In this document: positions 1 through 9,584 of the stretch, piece by piece | Position numbering within the stretch: position 1 is the stretch's first letter | How the letters are laid out: each line of letters starts with the position of its first letter | NCBI GenBank assembly: GCA_963725865.1 | Contig: CAVSAC010000014.1 | Coordinates: 908,378 to 972,377 of the forward strand | DNA from: Candidatus Eiseniibacteriota bacterium | Lineage (GTDB): Bacteria > Eisenbacteria > RBG-16-71-46 | Direction: 5' to 3' | Length of the DNA stretch: 64,000 nucleotides | Notes under the pieces: model-generated | The model's database searches: none | What the model saw: only the letters and a program-made list of their open reading frames with translations | What the model was told of the DNA's origin: nothing | Program-made: the position numbers and the translations under genes

Positions 1-476
1 CCGGCTGCCTGTTCGAGGCGATCGGCCCGCGCGGGCCCGAGTCGGGGCTGTCGCCCTCGCAGGTGCTGGCGGCCGCACTCGCGCCGCCGCTGCTCACGCC
101 CGAGCGCGCGCGGCGGCTGATGGCGCGGGTCGAGCGCGAGCTGTTCACCCCCTGGGGGCTGCGCGCGGCGCCCGGCGAGCGCGCGGTGTCCACCGCCTGG
201 CTGGGCGGGTTCTTCACCGCGTGGCTGCGCGCCCACGAGCGCTCGGCCGCGGCCGAGGCGCGGGCGCGCGGCTGGTTGGCGACGCTGCACGGCGCGATGG
301 AGCGCTGCGGTGGGCACCTGCCCGAGCGCTTCGAGCTGGAGCCCCGCGGGCCGCACGCGCCGCGGCCGCGCTCCGCCGGCGACGGCGCCAGCATGCTGGC
401 CGCCGCCGAGCTGCTGCGCGCGTGGATCGAGGAGTTCGATCACGCGGGCGAGCCGCTCGTCACCGCCCCGCGCTGA
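1..476 (+). CDS. Glycogen debranching enzyme (amylo-alpha-1,6-glucosidase family), C-terminal fragment; the 5' end lies outside the window
   Basis: The frame of ORF 63..476 stays open to the window edge. The C-terminal motifs TAWLGGFFTAWLR and HAPRPRS...AAAELLRAW resemble the conserved GDE_C end (GTVWPWL...AWLR...ISEIFDGDAPHAPRG...AELLRAW). Confidence 0.6.
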   Translation, partial: GCLFEAIGPRGPESGLSPSQVLAAALAPPLLTPERARRLMARVERELFTPWGLRAAPGERAVSTAWLGGFFTAWLRAHERSAAAEARARGWLATLHGAMERCGGHLPERFELEPRGPHAPRPRSAGDGASMLAAAELLRAWIEEFDHAGEPLVTAPR

Positions 477-504
477 AGCGCTGCGGGCGCGTCTCCCGCG
501 CCGC

Positions 505-3144
505 CTACTTCTGCGTGGTGTCCGCCGGCGGCGGCGGTGGTGTCGCGGGCGGCGGTGACACCGGCACCGGCGGCGTGGCGGGCGCGGGTGCCGGGGCCGG
601 CGCGGGCGTGAAGCCGCCGAAGAATCCCTTCAACACGTCGGTGCCCCGCTTGCGCAGGCTGTCGATGCTCACCGCGCGCACCTGAGCGAGCGCCTTCTGC
701 GCCGAGTCCTGCGCCACCTCGGCGAGGCGCTGGCGCGCGGCCTCGCGCAGGTCGGTCTCGAGCCGGGCGCGCTGCTCGGCGATCGCGTCGGACACCTTGC
801 CGGCCACCCGGTCGCGCATCGCGCGCGGATCCCACGCCACCCTCGGCGACTTCGCGGTGCCGCCCACGTGCAGGTCGATCAGCATGCGGCCCTGCGCATC
901 GCTGAGCGCGCCCGCCGCGAGCGCGGCGCTGGCGCCCAGCCGCGCCACCTGCTCCGGCGGCAGCGTGATGCTGACCGCGTAGTCGAGCGCGCCGTCGAAG
1001 CCCACCGCGCCGGCGATCTTCCAGTCGCCCACGCTGGAGTGCAGGTCGACCTCGCGGGTCGCCACGCGCCCGCGCTCGACCTGGAACGGCAGCTGAAGGT
1101 CCTTGAAGCGCGCTTCCTTCAAGGCCGGAATCCGGGTCGCGGCCGCGATCGCCTCGAGCGCCGGGCCGGGTCCGATCTGCCCGTCGAACAGCGCGGCCAG
1201 TCCGATCGCGGTGAGCGAGCGCTGGAGCTGCTCGGGGCGGGTGCCGTCGCCGGCCAGGCTCAGGTCGGTGTTCATCACGCCGCGCAGCAGGCCCCGGGCG
1301 GGCGTCCATGCCGACAGCAGCGCGTCGGCCGAGACGCTGTCCACCTTCGCCTTCACGTCGAAGCCGGGGCTCGCGGGATCGCGCAGGTCGAACACGGCGC
1401 TGCCGTGCACGCGGCCCTGGTAGCCGCGCAGCGCGTACGCCGGCACGGTGAGCGAGGTCGGCGTCATCTGCACGTCGGCGCTCACGTCGGTGACGTCGAG
1501 CTTCTGGCTGATGAGCCGCCCGATATGCGCGCGCCCGCTGCCGGTGGCGTTCGGCAGCACCGCGGGACCCGGCGTCGGCGGCAGCAGCTCCGCGAGGTCG
1601 AGGTAGGGCGAGTCGAGCGAGAATCCCACGTTCGCCGGCGCCACCTTGCCGACTGGCGCCATCAGCGCGAGCGGCCGCGTGACGTTGGCGTTCAGCGTGA
1701 ACGACGAGCGTCCCGCCCTGGCGGTGAGGCCGGCGATCGCGGCGGACTGCTGCGAGAAGCGCACCTCGCCGTTCACCTCCTCCACCGCCTTGGGCAGCAT
1801 CGGCGCCGCGACGCTCACGCGCGCCAGTCGCGCGGAGCCCTCGAGCGCCAGACTGCCGGGATCCTTCGCGCGACCGCGGCCGCGCACGTCGACGTTCGCG
1901 CGTCCGCCGAGCCGCACGTCCTTGGGCGCCGCCAGCGGTCCGACCGCGGCCAGGTCGAGGTCGCCCTGCAGCGCGAACGCCACCAGCGGATCGGCGAAGC
2001 GCGTGACGATCAGGTTCGCGCGCACCGGCTGCTCTGCGACGCGCGCGCGCAGGTCGCCGATCCCGAGCGAATCGGGCGCGAAGCGCGCGGTGAACGCGAG
2101 GTCCTTGACCGACGCCGGCGCGTCCGGGTAGCGGAACGCGCCGTTGGCCAGCGACAGGGTGCCGGTCACCGCAGGCAGCCGCCCGGGCGCCAGCGCCCCG
2201 GCCACGCGCAGGTCGAAGTCGAGCCGCCCGGCGCCGGTGATGCCGTGCAGCATCCGCGCGTCGGCGACCGCCAGCATCGCGAGCACCTCCTTGAGGTCCA
2301 CCGCGGCGCCACGGGCGCGGAAGTCGATCCGCGCGCGCGGCCCCGGGTCGTCCACGACGCCGTTGAACGCCAGCTCGGTGCGCCCGAACGCGAGCGCCAG
2401 CTTCTCGAGCGCCAGGCGCTTCCGCGCGCCGTCGTACTTGCCCTGGTGGCGGAGCGTCCAGCGCACCTTGGCGAGCGACTGGTTCAGGTCGCTCATGCGC
2501 GCGGCCGAGAGCGGCCCGAGCGCCAGTCCGCTGACCGTCGTGGTGCCACCGGTCGCGATCCGCTGGCCGCCCTCGACCGCGAGCGCGGTGCGCGTCTCGA
2601 TCCCGAACGCGGTGCGGCGCTGGGCGCGCAGGTCGTCGACCAGCACCTGGCCGTCCGCGATCTCGAACGCGCGCACCGCGAGGTCCATCCCGACGCCCTG
2701 CGACGGCGGCGCACCCGCCGGCTGCGGCTTCGCGAGCCCGTCGAAGTTGGTGGTGCCGTCGGCGCGCAGCAGCAGGTGCACGGCCGGATGGTCGAGCGCC
2801 AGCCGCCGCACCACCACCTTGCGACCGAGCAGCGCGAACGGATCGAGGTCGAGGTGCAGCGCGCGCGCCTGGAGCGCCGCGCCGTCGCGGAAGCCGCCGG
2901 GCTCGGCGAGCGCGGGATTCGTCACGGTCAGGCGCACGGGCGGGAACAGTCCGAGCGCCACGCCGTCGAAGCGCACCTCGCGCGTGAGCGCCTGGGCGGC
3001 CTGTGCCTGCACGAGCGCGCGCAGCTTCGCGGGCGGGAACAGCACCGCGAGCACGCCCCACGCGATCAGCACCAGCGCCACCACGACGCCGAGCGCCACG
3101 AGCACGATCCGGGAGCGGCCCGGAGCCCTGCGAGTGTCGGTCAT
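505..3144 (-). CDS. AsmA-family outer-membrane assembly protein with a Pro-rich C-terminal tail
   Basis: It has an N-terminal TM/signal (IVLVALGVVVALVLIAWGVLAVLF), a long beta-rich body typical of AsmA/TamB-like proteins, and a C-terminal APAPAPAPAP...PPPPP tail. The likely ATG is at 3144; the tracked ORF begins at a TTG at 3180. The opposite-strand ORFs 868..3399 and 2144.. are low-complexity. Confidence 0.65.
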   Translation of the reverse strand: MTDTRRAPGRSRIVLVALGVVVALVLIAWGVLAVLFPPAKLRALVQAQAAQALTREVRFDGVALGLFPPVRLTVTNPALAEPGGFRDGAALQARALHLDLDPFALLGRKVVVRRLALDHPAVHLLLRADGTTNFDGLAKPQPAGAPPSQGVGMDLAVRAFEIADGQVLVDDLRAQRRTAFGIETRTALAVEGGQRIATGGTTTVSGLALGPLSAARMSDLNQSLAKVRWTLRHQGKYDGARKRLALEKLALAFGRTELAFNGVVDDPGPRARIDFRARGAAVDLKEVLAMLAVADARMLHGITGAGRLDFDLRVAGALAPGRLPAVTGTLSLANGAFRYPDAPASVKDLAFTARFAPDSLGIGDLRARVAEQPVRANLIVTRFADPLVAFALQGDLDLAAVGPLAAPKDVRLGGRANVDVRGRGRAKDPGSLALEGSARLARVSVAAPMLPKAVEEVNGEVRFSQQSAAIAGLTARAGRSSFTLNANVTRPLALMAPVGKVAPANVGFSLDSPYLDLAELLPPTPGPAVLPNATGSGRAHIGRLISQKLDVTDVSADVQMTPTSLTVPAYALRGYQGRVHGSAVFDLRDPASPGFDVKAKVDSVSADALLSAWTPARGLLRGVMNTDLSLAGDGTRPEQLQRSLTAIGLAALFDGQIGPGPALEAIAAATRIPALKEARFKDLQLPFQVERGRVATREVDLHSSVGDWKIAGAVGFDGALDYAVSITLPPEQVARLGASAALAAGALSDAQGRMLIDLHVGGTAKSPRVAWDPRAMRDRVAGKVSDAIAEQRARLETDLREAARQRLAEVAQDSAQKALAQVRAVSIDSLRKRGTDVLKGFFGGFTPAPAPAPAPATPPVPVSPPPATPPPPPADTTQK

Positions 3145-3239
3145 GGCGCGGATTCTGGAACGGCCCCGGCGCGGGCGCAAACGCCTTGTCGCTCCGTTCC
3201 GCGCGCGGGTACAGTCCGCGCCCGAAGGAGCCTGCCGCC

Positions 3240-3902
3240 ATGGAACCCACCGCCCTCGCGACCCTGCGCGCCCAGCGCCTGGTCGCCGTCATCCGCGCCG
3301 CGAACCCCGAGGCCGCGGTGGGCGCCGCGCGCGCGGTCGCCGCCGGCGGGCTCGCGCTGCTCGAGATCACGTTCACCGTGCCCGAGGCGCCGCGCGTGAT
3401 CGCCGCGCTGCGCGATCTGCCGGGCGCGGTCGTCGGGGCGGGCACCGTGCTCACCCGCGAACAGTGCCGCGCCGCGCTGGACGCCGGCGCGCGCTTCGTG
3501 ATCGCGCCCAACGCCTCCGCGGAGGTGGCGCGCGAGGCGCTCGCCGCCGGGGCGCTGTACTGCCCGGGCGCCTACACCACGTCCGAGATCCTTGCCGCGC
3601 GCGCGCTGGGGGCCCACGTCGTGAAGGTCTACCCGGTCGGGGTCGCGGGCGGCCCCGCCTACATCCAGGTCATCCGCGATCCGCTGCCCGACATCCCGAT
3701 GCTCGCCGCCGGCGGCACGAACCTCGAGAACGTGGTGCCGTTCCTCGACGCCGGCTGCATCGGCTGCGGGCTGGGGGCGGCGCTCGCCGATCCGGCGCTG
3801 GCGCTCGCCGGGCGCTTCGACGTGATCACCGCGCGGGCCCGCGCCTTCGCCGACCGCGTGGCGGCGTGGACCGCCGCGCGCGGCGCGGCGACCTCGGCGT
3901 GA
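3240..3902 (+). CDS. eda: KDPG / 4-hydroxy-2-oxoglutarate aldolase (Eda family)
   Basis: About 220 aa. It shows the LALLEITFTVPEA (Glu) and HVVKVYPVG (Schiff-base Lys) motifs typical of KDPG aldolase. It is divergent from the AsmA gene. Confidence 0.75.
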   Translation: MEPTALATLRAQRLVAVIRAANPEAAVGAARAVAAGGLALLEITFTVPEAPRVIAALRDLPGAVVGAGTVLTREQCRAALDAGARFVIAPNASAEVAREALAAGALYCPGAYTTSEILAARALGAHVVKVYPVGVAGGPAYIQVIRDPLPDIPMLAAGGTNLENVVPFLDAGCIGCGLGAALADPALALAGRFDVITARARAFADRVAAWTAARGAATSA

Positions 3903-5176
3903 GCCGTCCGCGCACGCGCCGCCGGGCGGGCGCACCCGCGGCGGCGCTCGCGGCCGGTCTGGCCGCGCTCGCGCTGCTCGCGCTCGCGCCGCGCGCGGCC
4001 CGCGCGACGCTCGAGCAGTACAACACCTTCGATCTCCTCGCGGAGGAGGAGGACGACGAGAGCCTGCTCGATCACGTGCTGACGCGGCCGCCCTCCGAGT
4101 GGCGCGAGGAGTGGGAACGCGCGCCGCAGGCGTTCCGCACCGCGCAGGGCTGTCTGACCAGCAGCCAGTGGATGCTCGTGAACCAGCTCAAGACCGGCGC
4201 GCCGCTCGGCAGCCGCGCGCGCTTCGATCTCGACCTCGACCAGACGCACACCAACGAGGTGGACGTCGACGTGCTGACGCTGGGGTTCCGGTTCCCGACC
4301 CCGCTGGGGACCGCGGCCGCCGAGTTCCAGCCCTCGTACGACAAGAGCCGTCAGGATCTCGTGCTCGCCTACGAGCTGGGCGCCGACACCACCGGCTTCT
4401 CCCTGCAGGCCGCGTGGGGGCTCGAGGACGTGTTCAACAACCTGTGGGCGTTCCGCCAGAGTCGCGTCGGCGAGCGCTCCGAGCCGTATACGCGCCACCC
4501 ATACGAGCCGCGGCTGCGCCTCGGGGCGCGTGGGACGGACTGGCGGGCCACGATCGGCGGCCGCTGGATGACGCCGTCCGAGAAGCGCCTGGTGGGGGGC
4601 GCGGATCCGGCCAGCGACCACCTCCAGCGCCTGTGGGGCACGCTCGCCTGGGCCGAGGTGGCGGCGCGCGCGCTCGGCACCGACTGGACGCTGTCCTCCT
4701 CCCAGCAGCAGGTCGCCACCGACGACACGCCGGTGAGCGGGCCGCCGCTCGACGGCCGCGAGTTCCGGCGCAAGTGGAGCGTCGAGTTCGCCGCCCGCCG
4801 CGCGCTGACGCGGCGCGTGGCGGCCGAGCTGCGCACGATCTACCAGTCGCGCACTCAGACCTACGGCGCGGTGTACGGTCCCGCCGCGTTCGGCGCGCTC
4901 GACCGCCTCGCGCAGCTCGACCTCGCGTGGGCCGCCACACCCCGGCTCACCTACCGGCTCGGCGCGCTCTACGACCGCATCTCGATCGGCCAGCAGGGCG
5001 CGGCCGCGCAGGGCGGCTACGGCTCGCGCAAGGAGTCGCGCGCCTACCTCGGGCTGATGGCGCGCTTCGGGCGCGTGGTCGTGCAGGGCGTCGAGGGCAT
5101 CGAGTTGGACCGCGAGCCGTACGACGTCTGGCTGGTGCACGACAAGGGGTTCGTCCAGCTGCAGACCACGTTCTGA
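3899..5176 (+). CDS. Hypothetical secreted / outer-membrane protein
   Basis: A GTG start overlaps the eda stop (GTGA). It has a signal peptide (AAALAAGLAALALLALAPRAARA), aromatic-rich diverse composition, and a C-terminal ...VQLQTTF ending in Phe, which is OMP-like. The opposite-strand ORF 3659..5242 is Arg/Ala low-complexity. Confidence 0.5.
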   Translation: MSRPRTRRRAGAPAAALAAGLAALALLALAPRAARATLEQYNTFDLLAEEEDDESLLDHVLTRPPSEWREEWERAPQAFRTAQGCLTSSQWMLVNQLKTGAPLGSRARFDLDLDQTHTNEVDVDVLTLGFRFPTPLGTAAAEFQPSYDKSRQDLVLAYELGADTTGFSLQAAWGLEDVFNNLWAFRQSRVGERSEPYTRHPYEPRLRLGARGTDWRATIGGRWMTPSEKRLVGGADPASDHLQRLWGTLAWAEVAARALGTDWTLSSSQQQVATDDTPVSGPPLDGREFRRKWSVEFAARRALTRRVAAELRTIYQSRTQTYGAVYGPAAFGALDRLAQLDLAWAATPRLTYRLGALYDRISIGQQGAAAQGGYGSRKESRAYLGLMARFGRVVVQGVEGIELDREPYDVWLVHDKGFVQLQTTF

Positions 5177-5298
5177 CGCGCCCGGTGGCGCCTTGCGTAC
5201 CGCCGACGTGGCGGCTATCGTCCGGTCCTCGGAACCCCCCAACCGAGCTTGGGATCGTCCGCGTCTCCTCGGGACGCCCTTAACAAGGAGGTTGCAGC

Positions 5299-6789
5299 AT
5301 GCGCCTGAGTCTCCGAATCGCCGCGCTGGGCCTCGCCGCGATGGCTGCGGCGGGAGTGGTCCAAGCGGAGCCGACTGGCCGCTACTTCACGATCACGCCG
5401 TTCGGCGGCTACCGGGTGTTCGACGGTGACCACACCTTCCCCGGCACGAACACCATCCAGGACAATCTCTACGTCGGCGGGCGGCTCGGCTACCAACTGC
5501 TGCCGTGGCTCGGAATCGAGGGCGCCGGCGGCCTCACGCCGACCTCCGAGGACATCTCGGGCGGCCGCGACCTCGACATCTGGCACGCCTCCGGCAACCT
5601 GATGCTGACGCCGGCCAACGGCCGCTGGGGCGGTCCGTTCGTGTTCGGCGGCATGGGGTACGACAAGTACAAGCTGTCCTCCGGCGACCTCGAAGCGCAC
5701 TACGTCACGATCGAGGGCGGCGGCGGGCTGCGCTTCTGGCTCACCGACGCCATCGGGCTGCGGCTCGAGGCGCGCGACCTCATGCTCACCGCCAATTCGC
5801 CCAAGAAGGAGCTCAACGCCTTCAACGACCTCGTGTTCGGCGCCGGCCTCGAGCTGGCGCTCGGCGGCGTGCCGCGCGACGGCGACGGCGACGGCGTGGC
5901 CGACCGCAAGGATCGCTGCCCCGACACGCCGAAGGGTGCGACAGTCGACGCGCGTGGGTGCCCGATCGACACCGACGGCGACGGCGTGTTCGACGGTCTC
6001 GACAAGTGCCCGAACACCCCGAAGGGCTGCAAGGTCGACGCGACCGGCTGCCCGATCGACAGCGACGGCGACGGCGTGTGCGACGGCGTCGACGTGTGCG
6101 CGGACACGCCCAAGGGCGCGACCGTGGGGGCCACCGGCTGCCCGAGCGACGCGGATGGCGACTTCGTGCCCGACGGCATCGACAAGTGCGCGGACACGCC
6201 GAAGGGCGCGACCGTGGACGCGACCGGCTGCCCGAAGGACACTGACGGCGACGGCGTGTGGGACGGCCTCGACAAGTGCGCGGACACCCCGGCCGGCGCC
6301 AAGGTCGACAAGGACGGCTGCCCGGTGGAGTTGATCGAGCGCGAGACCGAGCTGCTCGACACCGGCATGATCCGTCTGCAGAACATCAACTTCGAGACCG
6401 CGAAGGCCGAGCTGCTGCCCGACGCGTTCCCGACCCTCGACGTGGTGGGCCAGGTGCTCAGCAAGTGGCCGGAGCTGCGCATCGAGGTCGGTGGCCACAC
6501 CGATTCGCGCGGTTCGAACGTTTACAACCAGAAGCTCAGCGAGGCGCGCGCCACGTCGGTGTTGACTTACCTGACCACGAAGTTCCCGGGCCTCAAGCCC
6601 GAGCAGTTCACGTCCAAGGGCTACGGCGAGTCCAAGCCGATCGCGCCCAACACCGACCAGCTCGGCATGGCGAAGAACCGCCGCGTCGAGTTCGTGGTGC
6701 TCAACAAGGACGTGCTCAAGCGCGAGAGCGAGCGCCGTCGTCTGCTGCAGAAGGACGAGACGGCGCCCACGCCGAGCGAGAACAAGTAG
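5299..6789 (+). CDS. OmpA-family protein: N-terminal beta-barrel, five thrombospondin type-3 (TSP3) Ca-binding repeats, and a C-terminal OmpA peptidoglycan-binding domain
   Basis: It has a signal peptide. The repeats follow DxDGDGVxDxxDxCPDTPKGAxVDAxGCP. The C-terminus reads NFETAKAELLP...GHTDSRGSNVYNQKLSEARA...NRRVEF, which is the OmpA_C motif. Confidence 0.85.
   Translation: MRLSLRIAALGLAAMAAAGVVQAEPTGRYFTITPFGGYRVFDGDHTFPGTNTIQDNLYVGGRLGYQLLPWLGIEGAGGLTPTSEDISGGRDLDIWHASGNLMLTPANGRWGGPFVFGGMGYDKYKLSSGDLEAHYVTIEGGGGLRFWLTDAIGLRLEARDLMLTANSPKKELNAFNDLVFGAGLELALGGVPRDGDGDGVADRKDRCPDTPKGATVDARGCPIDTDGDGVFDGLDKCPNTPKGCKVDATGCPIDSDGDGVCDGVDVCADTPKGATVGATGCPSDADGDFVPDGIDKCADTPKGATVDATGCPKDTDGDGVWDGLDKCADTPAGAKVDKDGCPVELIERETELLDTGMIRLQNINFETAKAELLPDAFPTLDVVGQVLSKWPELRIEVGGHTDSRGSNVYNQKLSEARATSVLTYLTTKFPGLKPEQFTSKGYGESKPIAPNTDQLGMAKNRRVEFVVLNKDVLKRESERRRLLQKDETAPTPSENK
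5875..6320 (+). repeat. In-frame tandem TSP3-like repeats of about 90 bp (5 copies) inside the OmpA-family gene
   Basis: The protein motif DGDGV.D..D.C.DTPKGA.VDA.GCP recurs five times, and the DNA shows the repeated block gacggcgacggcgtg...gacacgccgaagggcgcgacc. Confidence 0.7.
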
Positions 6790-6802
6790 TCCCGGCTCCA
6801 AC

Positions 6803-6841
6803 CGCGCGGCCCGGGTGCCTCGGCATCCGGGCCGCGCGGCG
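6803..6841 (+). terminator. GC-rich hairpin downstream of the OmpA-family gene (candidate intrinsic terminator)
   Basis: Perfect 13-bp inverted repeat ccgcgcggcccgg / ccgggccgcgcgg with a 12-nt loop. No U-tract follows. Confidence 0.3.
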
Positions 6842-6977
6842 TCCGGGCCGCGGTGCGCCCCGGCGCCCCGCTCGTGCTGACCGCGGCCTGAGCCGCGCGC
6901 GCGCCGCCGTGCTACTCTGCGCGGCGCTCGCGTCACGACCACCGCGCGCCGCCGCTCCCCAGGCCCCGAGGGACACC

Positions 6978-8156
6978 ATGAGCACCCGCAGCCCCGCGTT
7001 CAGCGACGCCGACCGCCAGGAGATGGTGGCCGTGCGGCGCGACCTGCACGCGCATCCCGAGACCGCGTTCGAGGAGGTGCGCACGTCGGCGCTGGTGGCC
7101 GAACGCCTGCGCGCGCTGGGGCTCGCGCCGCGCACCGGAGTCGGCCGCACCGGCGTGCTGGCCACGGTGAAGGGCGCGCGGGCCGGCCGCACGGTGCTGC
7201 TGCGCGCGGACATGGACGCGCTCCCGATCCAGGAGGAGAACGACGTCCCCTACCGCTCGACGACGGCCGGCAAGATGCACGCGTGCGGGCACGACTGCCA
7301 CACCTCGATCCTGCTCGGGGTCGCGCGCCGCCTGGTGGCGGACCCCACCGCGCTCGCCGGCGACGTGCGACTGTGCTTCCAGCCCGCCGAGGAGCAGGGC
7401 GGCGGCGCGAACGCCATGATCGCCGACGGCGCGCTGCGCGACCCGCGCCCCGACGGCGCGTTCGGGCTGCACGTGTGGCAGGACCTCGACCTCGGGACGG
7501 TGGGCGTCACCGACGGGCCGTGGATGGCGGCGGTGGACGAGTTCACGGTCACCGTGCACGGCAAGGGCGCGCACGCCGCGATGCCGCACGTCGGCACCGA
7601 TCCGGTGGTGTGCCTGGCGCACCTGGTCACCGCGCTGCAGACCATCGCCAGTCGCGGCGTGAGCCCGTTCCAGGAGGTGGTGGTGAGCGTGACCCAGCTG
7701 CGCGCGGGCACGGCGTTCAACATCATCCCCGGCAGCGCGTGGATGAACGGCACCGTGCGGGTGTTCGACCCCGATCTGTGGGCCGAGCTGCCGGCGCGCT
7801 TCGAGCGTATCTGCAAGGGCGTCGCCGAGGCGTTCGGCTGCCGCGTCGAGGTCAAGTACGACCGCTTCAATCGGCCCACCATCAACGATCCCGCGATGGC
7901 CGCCCTCGCCCGCGAGGTCGCCGCCGAGGTGGTGGGGCGCGAAAACGTGCGCGACGACATCCGCACCATGGGGGGCGAGGACTTCTCCGCGTTCCTCGCC
8001 GAGGTGCCCGGATGCTTCATCGCGATCGGGTCCCGCAATGCCTCGAAGGGCCTGCACTGGGACCACCACCATCCCCGCTTCGACGTGGACGAGAGCTGCC
8101 TCGGCATCGGCGCCGAGATCCTGCTCCGCACGGCGAAGCGCTTCCTGGAGCGCTGA
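6978..8156 (+). CDS. M20-family amidohydrolase (M20D hippurate hydrolase / N-acyl-amino-acid amidohydrolase type)
   Basis: It carries the metal-binding motifs MHACGHDCH and the conserved M20D core (FQPAEE, GKGAHAAMPH). The ATG is at 6978. The upstream part of ORF 6258.. is low-complexity. Confidence 0.8.
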   Translation: MSTRSPAFSDADRQEMVAVRRDLHAHPETAFEEVRTSALVAERLRALGLAPRTGVGRTGVLATVKGARAGRTVLLRADMDALPIQEENDVPYRSTTAGKMHACGHDCHTSILLGVARRLVADPTALAGDVRLCFQPAEEQGGGANAMIADGALRDPRPDGAFGLHVWQDLDLGTVGVTDGPWMAAVDEFTVTVHGKGAHAAMPHVGTDPVVCLAHLVTALQTIASRGVSPFQEVVVSVTQLRAGTAFNIIPGSAWMNGTVRVFDPDLWAELPARFERICKGVAEAFGCRVEVKYDRFNRPTINDPAMAALAREVAAEVVGRENVRDDIRTMGGEDFSAFLAEVPGCFIAIGSRNASKGLHWDHHHPRFDVDESCLGIGAEILLRTAKRFLER

Positions 8157-8160
8157 TCGC

Positions 8161-9531
8161 ATGCACCTGGACCGATTCCGCACCCGTCTCACCCTGCTCG
8201 CGGCCGCCTGCGGCGTCCTGCTCGGAGCGGCGCCGGCGCCGGCGCGCGCCGAGCTGATGCAGCCCGACCCGTCGATCCGCGAGGCCCAGATGTCGCTGCG
8301 CCTCGCCGCGCGCGACACCGTCGGCTTCTCCGACCACGTGGGTCGTCTCGACACGCTCGCCGTCGCGGCGCTGCGGCTCGGCCGCTACGACGACGCGCGC
8401 AAGGTGTTCGACCACGTGCTGGCGCTGGCGCCGGACGACGACGCGGCGCATGCGGGGCTCGGCAAGCTGGCGCTGTTCCACGACGACCTCGTGGCCGCCG
8501 AGAGCCTGCTCGCCGCTCCGGCCCGCGCGGGCGACATCGACGCGATCAGCGACCTGCTCGCCGCCCGGGTGCGCGCGGGCCACTACGCCGCGGCCGCCGA
8601 CCTGTGCGAGGACGCCGGCCAGCCGGGTCGCGCCGACCTGCTGCGGCAGATGGCCGAGCAGGGCGCCTACCAGCTCGTGAGCGGCCCGGAGCAGGGCGAG
8701 GCGCTGTTCGCGCGCAGCTGGCCGACGCCGCTGGTGAAGGTCATGCTCGGCAAGCAGGTGGTGCTGATGGCGGTCGACACCGGCACCGAGGACCTGATCG
8801 TCGACGAGGCCGCGGCGCGGGTGAACGGCGTGACGACGAGCGGCTCGCAGCGGATGGTGTTCTGGAACGGCACCCGCAACGCGGTCAAGAACGCCTGGGT
8901 GCCGAAGCTCACGATCGCGGGCTTCACGCTCGAGCATCTGCCGGCCGGCGTCGCCAATCTGCGCAAGTGGAGCCTCGAGGTGAACCCGCAGGGCGAGCGC
9001 GTGGCCGGGGTGATCGGACTCGGCGTGCTGCGGCGCTTCACGCCCACGCTCGACTACGACCGGCTGCGCCTGGTGCTGCGCCGTCCGGGCACCGCGTTCA
9101 CGCCCGCCGCGGGTGCCCAGCGCATCCCGTTCGAGCTGTGGGGCGAGGACGAGCTGATGGTGTGGGGCTCGATCTCGGGCGGCCGCCGGCTGGCGATGGT
9201 GGTGCAGACCGGCGTTCCCGGCTGCGGCATCGGCGCGCCGCAGTCGGTGTTCGACGAGTTCGGCATCCGCGCCGGCATGGTCGCGCGCGCGATGAAGGGC
9301 GCCGGCACCTGGATGGGCGGCCGGCCCTGGATCCCGGTCACGGTGCCGGCCGTGAACGCCGGGCGCATCGCCACCGACAAGGTGCCCGGCTGGATCGGGG
9401 CGCTCGACGAGTCGGAGCTGTGGCGGCACGGCGTGCGCCGAGATGCGCTGCTGTCGCACGCGTTCTTCCGCGGCCGGCGCGTCACGATCGACTGGCCGGC
9501 CCACGAGCTCGTGGTCGAGGAGAAGCCGTAG
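8161..9531 (+). CDS. Secreted protein with N-terminal TPR-like helical repeats and a retropepsin-like aspartic protease domain
   Basis: The ATG at 8161 lies 4 nt after the M20 stop. It has a signal peptide (LTLLAAACGVLLGAAPAPARA), a helical Ala/Leu-rich region, and LMAVDTGTEDLIVD, which is the D-T/S-G active-site signature of clan AA proteases. Confidence 0.55.
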   Translation: MHLDRFRTRLTLLAAACGVLLGAAPAPARAELMQPDPSIREAQMSLRLAARDTVGFSDHVGRLDTLAVAALRLGRYDDARKVFDHVLALAPDDDAAHAGLGKLALFHDDLVAAESLLAAPARAGDIDAISDLLAARVRAGHYAAAADLCEDAGQPGRADLLRQMAEQGAYQLVSGPEQGEALFARSWPTPLVKVMLGKQVVLMAVDTGTEDLIVDEAAARVNGVTTSGSQRMVFWNGTRNAVKNAWVPKLTIAGFTLEHLPAGVANLRKWSLEVNPQGERVAGVIGLGVLRRFTPTLDYDRLRLVLRRPGTAFTPAAGAQRIPFELWGEDELMVWGSISGGRRLAMVVQTGVPGCGIGAPQSVFDEFGIRAGMVARAMKGAGTWMGGRPWIPVTVPAVNAGRIATDKVPGWIGALDESELWRHGVRRDALLSHAFFRGRRVTIDWPAHELVVEEKP

Positions 9532-9584
9532 GCGCGCGCGCAGCACCGCATGACGCCCCACGACCAAGGGGCTAGACTCGCCGC

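Noticed and set aside
440-3511. 1023-aa ORF on the minus strand, plus 868..3399 (+, 843 aa) and 2144..3898 (+)
   Set aside because: These are Arg/Ala/Gly-dominated low-complexity translations. They are alternate-frame or antisense shadows of the AsmA-like gene (505..3144, -), which has a proper TM segment and diverse composition.
3659-5242. 527-aa minus-strand ORF overlapping the 3899..5176 plus-strand gene
   Set aside because: It has low-complexity RAGE-rich composition and no start context. The plus-strand frame has a signal peptide, aromatic diversity and a C-terminal Phe.
5215-6942. 575-aa minus-strand ORF
   Set aside because: It is antisense to the clearly recognisable OmpA/TSP3 gene, and its translation is Arg/Ala/Val repeats.
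6258-6977. N-terminal 240-aa extension of the M20 hydrolase ORF
   Set aside because: The upstream portion is Arg/Gly-rich junk overlapping the end of the OmpA-family gene. A conserved M20 N-terminus begins at the ATG at 6978.
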